Source of the DNA: Mytilus californianus
Taxonomy: Eukaryota
Reading direction: 5' to 3'
NCBI RefSeq assembly: GCF_021869535.1
Contig: NW_026262679.1
Location: 82,398,001-82,462,000, forward strand
DNA length: 64,000 bases
Shown here: in pieces, positions 10,811 through 21,560 of the stretch
Position numbering within the stretch: the first letter of the stretch is position 1
How the letters are laid out: the number at the start of each line of letters is the position of its first letter
The notes under the pieces: model-generated
Told to the model about the DNA's origin: nothing
Database searches by the model: none
Seen by the model: the letters and a program-made list of their open reading frames with translations, nothing else
Translations under genes and position numbers: made by a program

Positions 10811-12049
10811 TTTTTAACACAGTTTGACATACATTTTTTTTAAATGCATAGTTGTGGTTTCGAAATAACTTCTAATCAGTATGATTACCGACTTAAAAAA
10901 CTACTGATTTTGTTAAAAGAGTTTCTTTTCTATTGTCGTTGCATACGTTTTCCAAATATATTGGTTTTGTTATATGAAGGCTTTGGTAAATTATGAATAC
11001 GGCATGACATCATTTCTCAAATAAGTGATTTGTTTTCATATTCTTAGAGGTGGTGACACGATGGTGCTTATTTCCCAAATCGCTCTTTTTTATATTTTCC
11101 ATCAACTTTTAACTTTTTTTCCTTCTTTACCTCAGATCTCACTTTTTTACCCATTCTATCCCACATCCCAAAAGCGTATCATCATCATCTTCTTACATTT
11201 AAAAAGGCGTAAATAAAGGCTGAAAATTACTTTTTTTACATATCTTTTCCGATTTTGTGTCATCATGACCAAGTTTACTTTGTGAATTTGAATACCGCTC
11301 TAACAGATAGTTTAAAATATCGAAATTGATATTTCAAAACACACAGAAGAACAATGGCCAATACACATAAGTAATATAATATATAGATCTACTCCTTAGA
11401 TTATACATTTTTCTATTTCTTTTGTATATGATCAACTGCTGTCATGATTTTCTATTGTAAGTAATAGATTGCTATTTAACATACATTTTAGAAGGTTTTA
11501 GTTAAACAATAGTTAAGAAATAGTTTATGTGATTTGCGGTATTAAATTAACAAGTGAATGTCTTGACTGTTATTAGTTAATTTGAAAAACTCTTTTGACT
11601 ATAGAGTTAAAGTAAATGCTAATTTTATATACACTTATATAACATTTGACAGTCCAGTTATTCATGACTAGGACTAATACCTGAAGTTATCTATTGCACC
11701 CAGTTCACGATTTTGTTTTTTTCTGCATATACAAAATTCACAAGGATAAACTATCCTCTATTTTAACATTGATATTTGCATAAAAAATACCCGCTTCTTA
11801 ATAGTAACAATGAGATTTTTAAAAAGAATGAATTAGGGAACTGGGAACTGTGACTTCATATGGTTAAAATGACAAAACTGATGGTATAAGTATTCTATAT
11901 AGTCCCTACTGCAGCTTAATGAATGAGATATATACATTCAAGTCTATCTAAATGCCACTTTCAAGCTCCCAATTGGGGCACTATCCTTCAACATAGAAGT
12001 TAAATCTTTTAAATACTTCCCTACTTTAAAGACCAATCTGTTCAAATCA

Positions 12050-12900
12050 TCACTTATACATATATCACACGTATTTCGACTTAAATGTTCAACTACAAAT
12101 ATATGTTGCAGGATCTCGATATTGATGACTTCAGGTCGCAACCTTCGGATTACACATATGCAAGCTCCCCATTCATATATAATATGGCAAACAACGTTAT
12201 AAATGTTGACCTCTACGAAAAGATAGTACGAAATATATCTTTAAAGACCCAAATGTTGCCAGGTTCCTATCCTACTTCCATTACACATATATTGTGGAAC
12301 CCGCAGACAAAGCCCAAAATAATGTAATTTACAGTACTAGTACATAAACAGCTTGATAAGGGATAAGGGTATCGATGATTCTCTGTAAAACCCTACATTT
12401 ACTCCAACGACACTTACTAAAGATGAACCCATGAACAACCGTAGATCTGTTTTATGTTCTTTTGCAATTTTAACTAATGATTAAGATCTGGATTTCCTTC
12501 ACTCTACAAATTACATACATGTTCTTACACACAACTCTATATTACTGGGTCTTCCAAATGCTCGAAGAAACCTCTTTCCAAATGCGTGAAAAAACCATTT
12601 TCCAAATTGTTTTAAAACATTTGTTTTATCTGCAGTCGAACCCGGGCACTAGAGTTACTCTGAAACTCCTTCTTTATGGGCGATGTGAATCAGATGAAGA
12701 TACTATTAAATCCGAAGATCTGTCAGATAAAATACAATCTAATTTGATCTCCTCGTGCAGTAGTAAACAAACAGTATCTACTCTTTACACCAGTATTCGT
12801 CATTCTAAACTTAAAGACAGATTCAAAGAGAAAGTCCATCTTCGTTTCATACAAAACCCAACGAAAATAACAAGCATCTTGTTTTAGGAAAGAACAAATC
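12050..12900 (+). pseudogene. Degenerate N-terminal part of a Penelope-like ORF
   Basis: Similar to 3300-4020 (ASSPFIY, FKDPNVA, YLINSLI-type segments). Many stops and frameshifts. Confidence 0.6.
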
Positions 12901-12904
12901 ATAC

Positions 12905-13345
12905 CCTGGCACGTCCGGTCTGTGTTTTTGTTTGATGTTTTTCAGCTTTGTATCGATCTGATGAGTTAAGCCTTTTTAGACTGATTTTTATAGTTTGTTC
13001 TTATGTTGTGCTGTTACACCACTGTCCCAGGTTAGGGGAGGGTTGAGCGCTCACAAATATCTTTTACCCCTCAACATTTTTATGAGCCTGTCCCAAGTCA
13101 GAAGCCTGTAGTTCAGTGTTTGGTTCATGTCTGTCATATTTGTTTTTCGTAAATTGTTTTGTTTTGAATTAGGTCGTTATTTTTTCTCAATTGAATTGTT
13201 TCATATTTTCATGTTTGTGCCTTTTATTGCCGACTTATTGTTGAAGGCCGTACGAATACCTATAATTGCTTACATCCACTTTATTTGAACCTTGGTGGAT
13301 AGTTGTCTCATTGGCAATCATATATCATCTCCTTATCTCTATTTT
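12905..13345 (+). mobile_element. 3' region of Penelope-like family 2 with a degenerate twister-like motif (13019-13118)
   Basis: CCACTGTCCCAGGTTAGGGGAGGGTTGAGCGCTCA...CCTGTCCCAAGTCAGAAGCCTGTAGTTCAGTG. TAA is changed to TTA and GC to TC, and P4 has a mismatch. Ends in GTTGTCTCATTGGCAATCAT. Confidence 0.8.
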
Positions 13346-13464
13346 GTAAAGAAACACTCTGATAAAAACAAAGAGTTCTCTGAAATCAAAATCATCAAGA
13401 TGTATGATTTTTCATTTTCATTTCTTTTTTCTTTTTTTAAATTTGGAGGACGTGTTTTTGAGCA

Positions 13465-13760
13465 GATAAAAGAGGGACGAAAGATACCAGAGGGACAGTC
13501 AAACTCACAGATCGAAAACAAACTGACAACGCCATGGCCAAAAATAAAAAGACAAACAGACAAATAATAGTACAGATGACACAACATAGAAAACTAAAGA
13601 CTAAGCAACACGAACCCCACCAAAAACTGGGGGTGATCTCAGGTGCTCCGGAAGGGTAAGCAGATCCTGCTCCACATGTGGCACCCGTCGTGTTGCTTTT
13701 GTTATTACAAATCCGGTAAATAGTCTAATTCGGTAGGTCACATTCGTGAAAAGGAATATA
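13465..13760 (-). mobile_element. 3' UTR of Penelope-like family 4
   Basis: Reverse complement of the 43720-43990 consensus, close to intact. Confidence 0.85.
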
Positions 13761-13904
13761 CATTTCTATGAGAACCGAAAGTTTGGTGACTATGCTGATC
13801 TCGTCTATTCCATTGAACAAGAAAAAAGGGTAACAAAGATACCTTTAGGTCTGCATTATATCTTGACTTACAGCTGTCAGGTTGAGAACTTCACTTTACG
13901 ACAA

Positions 13905-14175
13905 TTAATACAATAGAGAACGGGGACGGGGAATGTGTTAAAGAGACAATTACCCGTCCAAAGAACAAACAAGAGCCCGAGGCCACCAATAGGTCTTCAA
14001 CGTAGCTAGAAAAACACGCATCTGGGAGGCGGGATTCAGCTGGCCCTTAAACAATAATGTTTACTAGTTCAGCGAACTGGACGTCACGCTAAACTCCGAA
14101 ACATACAAATGAACCAAAATTTAAAAAACACACAAGACTAACAAATGCTAGATGTTCCTGTCTTGGGACAGGTGC
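13905..14175 (-). mobile_element. 3' terminal fragment of Penelope-like family 1, with only the 3' half of the twister motif
   Basis: Homologous to 7885-8160. The minus strand begins GCACCTGTCCCAAGACAGGAACATCTAGC. Confidence 0.75.
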
Positions 14176-14179
14176 AAAG

Positions 14180-14645
14180 AATTCGATTTAAATTTTCCAA
14201 CTGTGGACTTTCTATTTATGTGTATAGCAACATTCCAAGCTGCACCTGCTTGTAGTTGAGTACATCTCTCTAAGTAGATACGATATTATAAATCTTGCAT
14301 TTCCTATGATAACTTATTTAAGAAAGCTATTAGGCAAATGGTTCTACTTGGTAAAGTTAATTTTACCCCTACGAATGTTTTACAAGCGTCATGATATGGT
14401 TGATCGTTATGGAATATCTGTGTCATAGAGGACTCAATAGGAATTTCAACATCGGTATACTACTGTTGCCTCTAAACTGCTCTTTCGAACAACCTACGAT
14501 CACCTCTGAATTGGGTTGAGTTTTTGTCATCAATCTTTAGTTTTCTGTGAAAAGTTGTTTGTCTTTTCATCATTTTTATTCATAGCCGTGGTATTGTACG
14601 TTTTTTCTTCGTTTTTTGGTTTTCTCTTTGGTATCTCCTCTTTCT
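14180..14645 (+). pseudogene. Decayed RT C-terminus plus 3' UTR of Penelope-like family 4
   Basis: Similar to 43400-43990 (GCAACATTCCAAGC..., GTTGATCGTTATGGAATATCTGTGTCA). Confidence 0.6.
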
Positions 14646-15584
14646 GTTTAGAGCGTGATAACTGAAACTTTTTCAATAGCTTTTCAACCTATACCCAAAA
14701 GAATCAGGTTAACACTGTGATCTTAAAATTAGTGTTGGTCTTATATGTTTTGAAAGTTCTTTTATATCCTATTTTGATTTTCTAACTGTCAACTGATGAT
14801 TTTTACTTTACTCTGGTTGAAATGTTAGATTTGAAATGATTAGGATAAAGGTATGTTTCTGAATGGCAGCCTACTTTTATTAAACTGAAATATAAATTTA
14901 AGACTTGCTTTATTGTATGAGTGCATGTTCCTTGTTGAATAATGTACGTGACCCTAATGTGTCCATTCTTGTGTTCTTGTGTTGCTGCCTAATTTAGGTT
15001 TTCCTCAATTCAATCATACATATCCGAAATTGCATTCTTTTGACTGATTAACCGTATTTTTTTTCGACACCATATTAAGATTTACGGGTTTATTTTAAAA
15101 GTTCTGTGTACGTTTCTGAGTAATTTAATAACATAAACATGTAGCAAACAACAAACATAACAACATGTAAAAGTAAACCACGCTATAAAGTTGATTATAT
15201 TTTTCTAATTCCTACATAAATAATTGGCAAAACATTTCTACTACAACTAAGTTAAAATGGTATTTTGGCATTTTAATACCTATAAATATACCGTTTCTGT
15301 ACATGTAAACTCTTTTAAAAGGAATATATTGACACAAACAAATCGCATTTCAAATTAATATAAACGTACTTGACTGATATTCCATGACTTAATTCTTGTT
15401 TGTAAACTAGTTGAACTATAACGTTTGAATTCTTAAAAGAAAAATAGGATAAACCTAGAGACTGGTCATTTCCTGGGATTAATTTGTACACCAATAATTT
15501 GAAAATTTCAGAATGTCTTTAAAGTTTTGTGTTCAGTCAAAAATGTTAAAAGTAGCTTCTAGGACACTTGCTATCAGTTCAATT

Positions 15585-17612
15585 CTAAACCATTTCATAA
15601 ATTTTAACTACATTCCTATTTGTGTATCCAACATCTGACAGGAAAAATCTGTCTCCACATAGGTGAATAGCAGCGGGATGTTCTAGTCCGTCGGTTGCAT
15701 CTAGAAGCACGCGCGCATCAGATCCGTCAGACGACATTTTCATTACATTCGAGGAATTTTGCCCACATATATATATGTTGTCCTGGCTGTCAATACTGAC
15801 ACCTCTTGCCCAACGTATGCTGTCATGTTCAATCGACAAACGGACGTTCAAATCCGAATATAGAACGACAGCTCGTTTTTCGCCGATACCAACGGTTTTC
15901 TGTGTCACAACAATTTCAGCTGTGCGTTGGTTGATAGCGAGATGGAACGGTCGATTTTCAAACATAGCTTTACCACTACTTCTCCTGTGGACTGTATCCA
16001 AAACATGTCCATCTACTTCTATGACGCTCATTGATGGAACGGGTTTATCAAGAGGAAACAGCAGAACCAGATTGCCACGTATCTCGTCAACGCCATAGCA
16101 TACTTTTCCAACAAAAACTACGTTTTGTAATAGCAGACTTTCATCTGTCATGTTAAGCAGAGCAATTTCCCGATTGTTTGGAAGAGTACATGCAAGAGTA
16201 TTCATATCGACTTGACAAATGTCGAACGGTTCAGATGTCAAAAGTACTTTCGATATGAAAATACCTGTATCCTTAAACATTTTGATAGTTTTGTTGTGGA
16301 AATCACACAAGATAACTTTTCCATCAGGCAGATAAATTCCACCAGTAATAACGCAGTCGTTTGTATCTGAAGGTAGCCGAATGTGGAAATCTCTTATCAG
16401 AACTGCGCGTTTATCCATCATTGGCTTCATTTCGGCGATAGGCTTCGGGGCATCGGGCCTACCATGGGAAATTTTTATCTCTCCTAATTCCATCACAGTT
16501 GCTGGTATGTCTCTAGCTTTTGGGTTAAATCTAAATTTTATATCTATACTTTCTAACTTTGCCGAGTTTTCCATCGCCTTTTGTTTAAAATCTAAATAAT
16601 TCTCACGCGCTTTAGCAACTGTTGCAACGAACTGGGCATTACTTCCATAACTCGCTGTCGCTTGAATCATCTTTCTAGAATGTTCAATGGCTGATTGGGT
16701 GACTTTGCTGTCTTGAATTCTTGACTGAATCTTATCCTTCTCCTCTTTGTGTATTTTAGTTAGGCGTTGGTTAAAATTTTCCTCCAGTTTGTCAAGATGC
16801 CCAGTAATCGATCCTCTGAATGTTTTCATTTTCTTTTTTATGTCATCCTTTTTGTTGTTCAGGTTCTGATGTTGTTTAATGTTTTCGTTTACGATTTCTT
16901 CCAGTGAAGATAAGCACTCGTTAAATTGTTCCACTAATTTTTCTACCTCCCGAGTATTCTTTAACTCTTTCGCATAAAATTCAGTTGTAAGAACTTGGAC
17001 GCATCTTCGATGTTCCAGTGCTACACAAACAGAGCAAACGAGAGTGTTGTGATCCAAACAGAAGAGCTCCATATTTTGATTATGGCGACTACAGCGAAGT
17101 TCATCGTCGGTAAGTATGGCTGGCTGGCGAAGAGCTTGGTCTACAGGCATAGTTTCATGATCCAGAAACAACGCATTGTGGTAATTGATGCACGTCTTGC
17201 ACAAACAAATTCGACAATGCTTACACCAAACATCAGCACGGACGCTTTCTTTATTCTGCTTTTGGCATGGTTCGCACGTTTTCTCCTTGTTCTCGAAAGA
17301 CATAATTTCCATGACGTTCATTATAAATCCATTTGTCGGTAATTGTTCTGCCCACATGGATGGTGCTGCTGTTGAATCGATCGGAATTGCGATTGCTCGA
17401 CATTGTGGGCATGGGAAAGAATTTGGTCTAGGGTTATCGTTGTCCTGTGTATACCGATCAATGTATGTTCCTAGGCATTTCTGACAAAATGTATGAAGAC
17501 ATGGTAGACTCTTCGGATCTGTAAACTTGTCGGAGCAAATCGGACACTTCACGACGGCATCATCTAAGTTGGATTTACCAACTTTTGATCGTCCCTTTTC
17601 TGATTTACTCAT
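15585..17612 (-). CDS. Intronless TRIM-family E3 ligase, 675 aa (RING, two B-boxes, coiled coil, NHL-like beta-propeller; TRIM2/3/56-like)
   Basis: RING CPICSDKF..LPCLHTFCQKC..CPQC; B-box1 CEPC..WCKHC..CLCKTC..H; B-box2 CSRH..LFCLDH..VCSVCVALEHRRC; coiled coil ~200-345; NHL-like repeats (GKVILCDFHNKTI, RGVSIDSQDNIYIC). Uninterrupted 2028-bp ORF. Confidence 0.95.
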   Translation of the reverse strand: MSKSEKGRSKVGKSNLDDAVVKCPICSDKFTDPKSLPCLHTFCQKCLGTYIDRYTQDNDNPRPNSFPCPQCRAIAIPIDSTAAPSMWAEQLPTNGFIMNVMEIMSFENKEKTCEPCQKQNKESVRADVWCKHCRICLCKTCINYHNALFLDHETMPVDQALRQPAILTDDELRCSRHNQNMELFCLDHNTLVCSVCVALEHRRCVQVLTTEFYAKELKNTREVEKLVEQFNECLSSLEEIVNENIKQHQNLNNKKDDIKKKMKTFRGSITGHLDKLEENFNQRLTKIHKEEKDKIQSRIQDSKVTQSAIEHSRKMIQATASYGSNAQFVATVAKARENYLDFKQKAMENSAKLESIDIKFRFNPKARDIPATVMELGEIKISHGRPDAPKPIAEMKPMMDKRAVLIRDFHIRLPSDTNDCVITGGIYLPDGKVILCDFHNKTIKMFKDTGIFISKVLLTSEPFDICQVDMNTLACTLPNNREIALLNMTDESLLLQNVVFVGKVCYGVDEIRGNLVLLFPLDKPVPSMSVIEVDGHVLDTVHRRSSGKAMFENRPFHLAINQRTAEIVVTQKTVGIGEKRAVVLYSDLNVRLSIEHDSIRWARGVSIDSQDNIYICGQNSSNVMKMSSDGSDARVLLDATDGLEHPAAIHLCGDRFFLSDVGYTNRNVVKIYEMV

Positions 17613-18569
17613 TGTTATTTTTCACCAAAAATATCTCGTTTTCATTATTATTGCAATATTACTTCTTATAGAATATAAAAGTCCTTCCTACATGGCTAAA
17701 TTATCCGTAAGCTAATTTTCAATAATAAAACTTGCCACAAACAATACTTAAATGTTACCAATATTTCCTTTCTAATGTTTTGTATCATTTATAATACCAT
17801 GGAGCCCACTCTTAAAATAAAAATGAAATCTAACACATTTTTTACGGGACGTCGGTGTTCCGAAGACAGCGTTAACAAAAGAATCTAAAGTTAGAGATTT
17901 CTAAACAAGTATTTAAATGGCATTAGTATAAAAATAATTTTATAATTAAAACAATAGATTTTTTTAAATAATACCTAAGTCCTCAAAAGTGTCCGTTGGA
18001 CGCATTTGTACTTTGTTTTGTCATTTGACATGTTAAATTATTTCTTCTTTGTCTCCTTTTATTCCTTTTCTTTTTCATTTATTTATTTTGTGATTGAATT
18101 TATCGCTCCCTACGTTCCTCTTCTCTTCATCTGACAAACAATATCTGTACACTGAAAACTGATAACATATGTTAATTTTGATTTGAGAGGTTTTGTTTGA
18201 TCCAGATTTCTTTTCTTTTTCGTGATTTGAAGATCACCGTGATAACATCGGGTTAAATCTATATTGGCAGGTCAAACATTACGATTTCGTTGATAACTAT
18301 GGGTCAAATGTATTATGGTTCTCTCAAATCTTTTCCAACGTTACAAAGCCCCGAGCAAAATTATATAAACGCGTGAAATCCGACATTACTACTGAAGTTC
18401 TTTTAGACTGGAGTCCTTTTATGACATTAATATATCATCAGTCTTCGGGCATTCGTGATGATAATACTTAGTTCATTAAAGAAATCAATAAAAAGACAAT
18501 AAAGGAAGCTTTTAATTGGGCTTGATGTTTTCCTCTATTCAATATGTTAAGTAAAGCAAAGGTTACGAA

Positions 18570-18930
18570 AGAGGCTGTAAAAATAAAAAGTCATCGAAAA
18601 ACAGACAATAACACGACCAAAAGAAAAATAGATAAACAACACTCAACAAAACGGTACACAAAAGACTAAAACTTGGTGATTTCTGTGTTCCAGAAAAATA
18701 AACAGTTCCTTCTCCACTTTAGTGACATGGCACCTGTTGTGTTGCCCATAAGTTAAACTTCAGCGATAAGTCAAATTCGGTATTTGTCATACAGTAGGAA
18801 AAGAGGATGTCATTATGTTTATACGACAAATGGAACATATCCGTGGTCAACTGAGACGCAGATATTTAGTGTCGTTCAACCAAGCTATGTTGCCGTTCGT
18901 AAAACATTCGCAGTGATGATTTCAATTTTT
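18570..18930 (-). mobile_element. Decayed Penelope-like family 4 3' fragment
   Basis: Reverse complement resembles the RT end plus 3' UTR at 43600-43990. Confidence 0.55.
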
Positions 18931-19223
18931 CCATACAGTACAATTGGTTCTTTCTGTGGCTTCTGTTATGGTGTGTCAAACGTTGCAATATTCACAAAAA
19001 AAATCATATATTTGTTCATAAAAACAAAATTTATATTCCAAAAATAATATTTATGTTCATTAACACAAAATATATATTAAAAAAATCATGTACATGTTCA
19101 TAAAGACCAAATATATTAAAAATTTTGAATATATATTTTGTTTTTATGATCATTTATATAATTTTTTTAATATATAATAAAAAATCATATATGTTTTATT
19201 TTTATGAACTGAGCTTCATTGGT

Positions 19224-19282
19224 GTAGACGAAACGCGCATCTGGCGTACAAAATTTTAATCATGGTATCTATGATGAGTTTT
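19224..19282 (+). mobile_element. Retrozyme fragment (hammerhead 3' half)
   Basis: GTAGACGAAACGCGCATCTGGCGTACAAAATTTTAATCATGGTATCTATGATGAGTTT. The CTGATGA half is absent. Confidence 0.7.
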
Positions 19283-21277
19283 TTTTCTATAAACAACTTT
19301 TATGATACGTCATTTAGATATTTCTCATCCAAGTTTGGTTTTTTTATTGGGAGGTGGGGGGGGGGGGGGGGGGGTATAAAACCAATGAATCTCCATGCCT
19401 TACTTTATGCTTTCGTAAAGGGAAAGTCCAGGAGTATTCCAGAAATAAAATGAAGTTTATTAGTTTATTATTGAGAGTCGACATGGTTGATTTTTTTTCA
19501 AAACAAATACTTAACGAGCTATGCTGAGCTTTTATAAAATTTGTCTATTCATTCATATTTTTTTTATCATTACCTGTCTTATCTGCAATAATTACTTATA
19601 AAAGAGAAACTATGCATTTAGAATAAAGATCGTTCTTGTCTATTTAAATAATTTAATTGTTCATTAATCGTTAAAAAAGTAAATTTCTTAATTTTCTAAC
19701 TTTCGAAATACATCTCTGGTTACGTACCGATTTCAGAATCAGAACTGTTTCGTTTTAATAATATCACCAAGCAACAATTCTTTTTAAGGATACCACTGAA
19801 TAACCTAAAACGTCCGATTCATGATTTTACATAAAATCTTTCGAAAATCAATAAAATTACATTACTATTGTTGAAATATGAAGGCAGATGGTTTCACACA
19901 AATCGATTTTAGATGTACAGGTAAAACTAAAAATTTGAATAAAAATAATTAGAGATTTCTAACGTGAAATTATATCAATGGTATGATGCAAATATGAGTT
20001 AGATTAGAGATAAAATTTGACTGATTAACCTGGGCGTTGATGCACAATATTCGCCAGGTATTTTGATGGTAGAGGTTAGAGGTCATCAGTGTCGATAATT
20101 GAAGGGATGTCAATATCAATATGGCGAAACAGGACAGGTAAGTTCTACTATTTTCATAACTTAAGAAAATGTCTTTTAAGATTTAAATTGATATTTTCAT
20201 TAGTAAATGAAGGCGATTACAGGAATTTTAAATAAAAATATTTCATTTCTTAAAGTTTGTATCGTCGGTTTTACATACGCCTACATATATAATATATCAA
20301 TATAAATTTACTAGGTGCAGTAACAATAATATGTCTAAATTAATAGAAATTACGCAACAAATAAAAGTGATTGTAAATTGTTGAAGGAAAATATGTTTTA
20401 ATTTATTTTAAGTCATCAGGACAACGGAATTGGACAATTATATTATTAAATTCGGTTTAAACCAGGACTTTTTATGGGTGAATTATTGCGCAATGCAGCC
20501 TGTTAAGAAATAAGCAAGTTTTAATAAATTATGATTTCGGAAAGCTACAACTGGCAATGAAACGATAGCAAAACTTTACTTTAAATTTTAATAAATCGGT
20601 ATGAAGAACAGGCTGAATGTTTTACCAAGGATATGGATTGGTACATAGTTTGACAACATTCTTTGTTTGATACATTGTTTTTTCGTTAATCTTGTAGACA
20701 AGTGAAATCCTTAAAATATTTTTTTAAAAAGGTCAGCATACGATTGTGTAAATATTTCGAATTTTCAATAAATGTTAAAAAACTTAAAACACAAATCAAA
20801 GCTACATCCTCTTATATACGAATATAGAAAAATCCATTTTGATATCAATCGTATTTATAAAATAACTAATTCCAGAAAATAACAAATTTAATTTATTGTA
20901 TAACTTGATACACATTTTGATTTTTGATTTTCCGTTATTTCGACCCCTTGGCCAATTTTCTGATCATAACATAAAACAATATCAACAAAGCCATCAATTA
21001 CATTGTACATCATACAAATTATTGTTCAGATACATAAAATGGTAACATGGCCTTGTTCCTACAACTATAAAATTGACATGATTTGATGACCGGAATGTCC
21101 GGCATTATCATCACGAACTATTTATTGACAGGTTTAATTATTAAGGACATAATGGATTTAATTATTTTTTGTTTATTACTGTTGTAAAAACCTTGTATTG
21201 TGGTTTTCTTCAGTCATTCCTGAAATCCAACCGGAAGCCAATTAGGTTCTTTGATAAAACACAATACTAGTTATATA

Positions 21278-21420
21278 GTTCTAGCGAGTTGATATGCACG
21301 CTTAGAGTTCTAGCGAGTTGATATACCCGTTTACACTTCTAGCGAGTTGATATACCCGTTTATAGTTCTACCGAATTGATATGCCCGTTTACAGTTCTGG
21401 AGAGTTGAAATGCCCGTTCA
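21278..21420. repeat. 29-bp minisatellite, ~5 copies
   Basis: Units (G/C)TTCTAGCGAGTTGATATACCCGTTTACA start at 21278, 21307, 21336, 21365 and 21394. Confidence 0.9.
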
Positions 21421-21479
21421 GGGTAACTCAGGGTACATGTAACTACATGTATCTATTGAAGGCTCAAGGGGAAAATGTG

Positions 21480-21560
21480 AACAAGTACAGGTCACTGTAC
21501 GGCCTTCAACAAAATGCAAATCCCATCAAGTACAGAAATCTGTAAAAGGCCCCGGGATAA
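21480..21560 (-). mobile_element. Family 2 3'-region fragment (GGGGCC...TTGAAG motif)
   Basis: Minus strand CCGGGGCCTTTTACAG...TTGTTGAAGGCCGTACAGTGACCTG. Confidence 0.6.

Noticed and set aside
12958-12995. CTGATGAG (and CTAATGAG at ~37339) as a hammerhead core upstream of the family 2 twister
   Set aside because: A possible stem II (GTT/AAC) is followed by TGAT, not GAAA, and no stem I or III can be built.
15775-17715. Plus-strand ORFs overlapping the TRIM gene
   Set aside because: Antisense shadows of the real CDS with no recognisable motifs.
19356-19374. 19-nt poly-G run (G-quadruplex potential)
   Set aside because: An isolated homopolymer whose length is unreliable in assemblies, with no supporting context.
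21278-21420. CRISPR-like array
   Set aside because: Units are contiguous with no unique spacers, there are no cas genes, and the context is eukaryotic.
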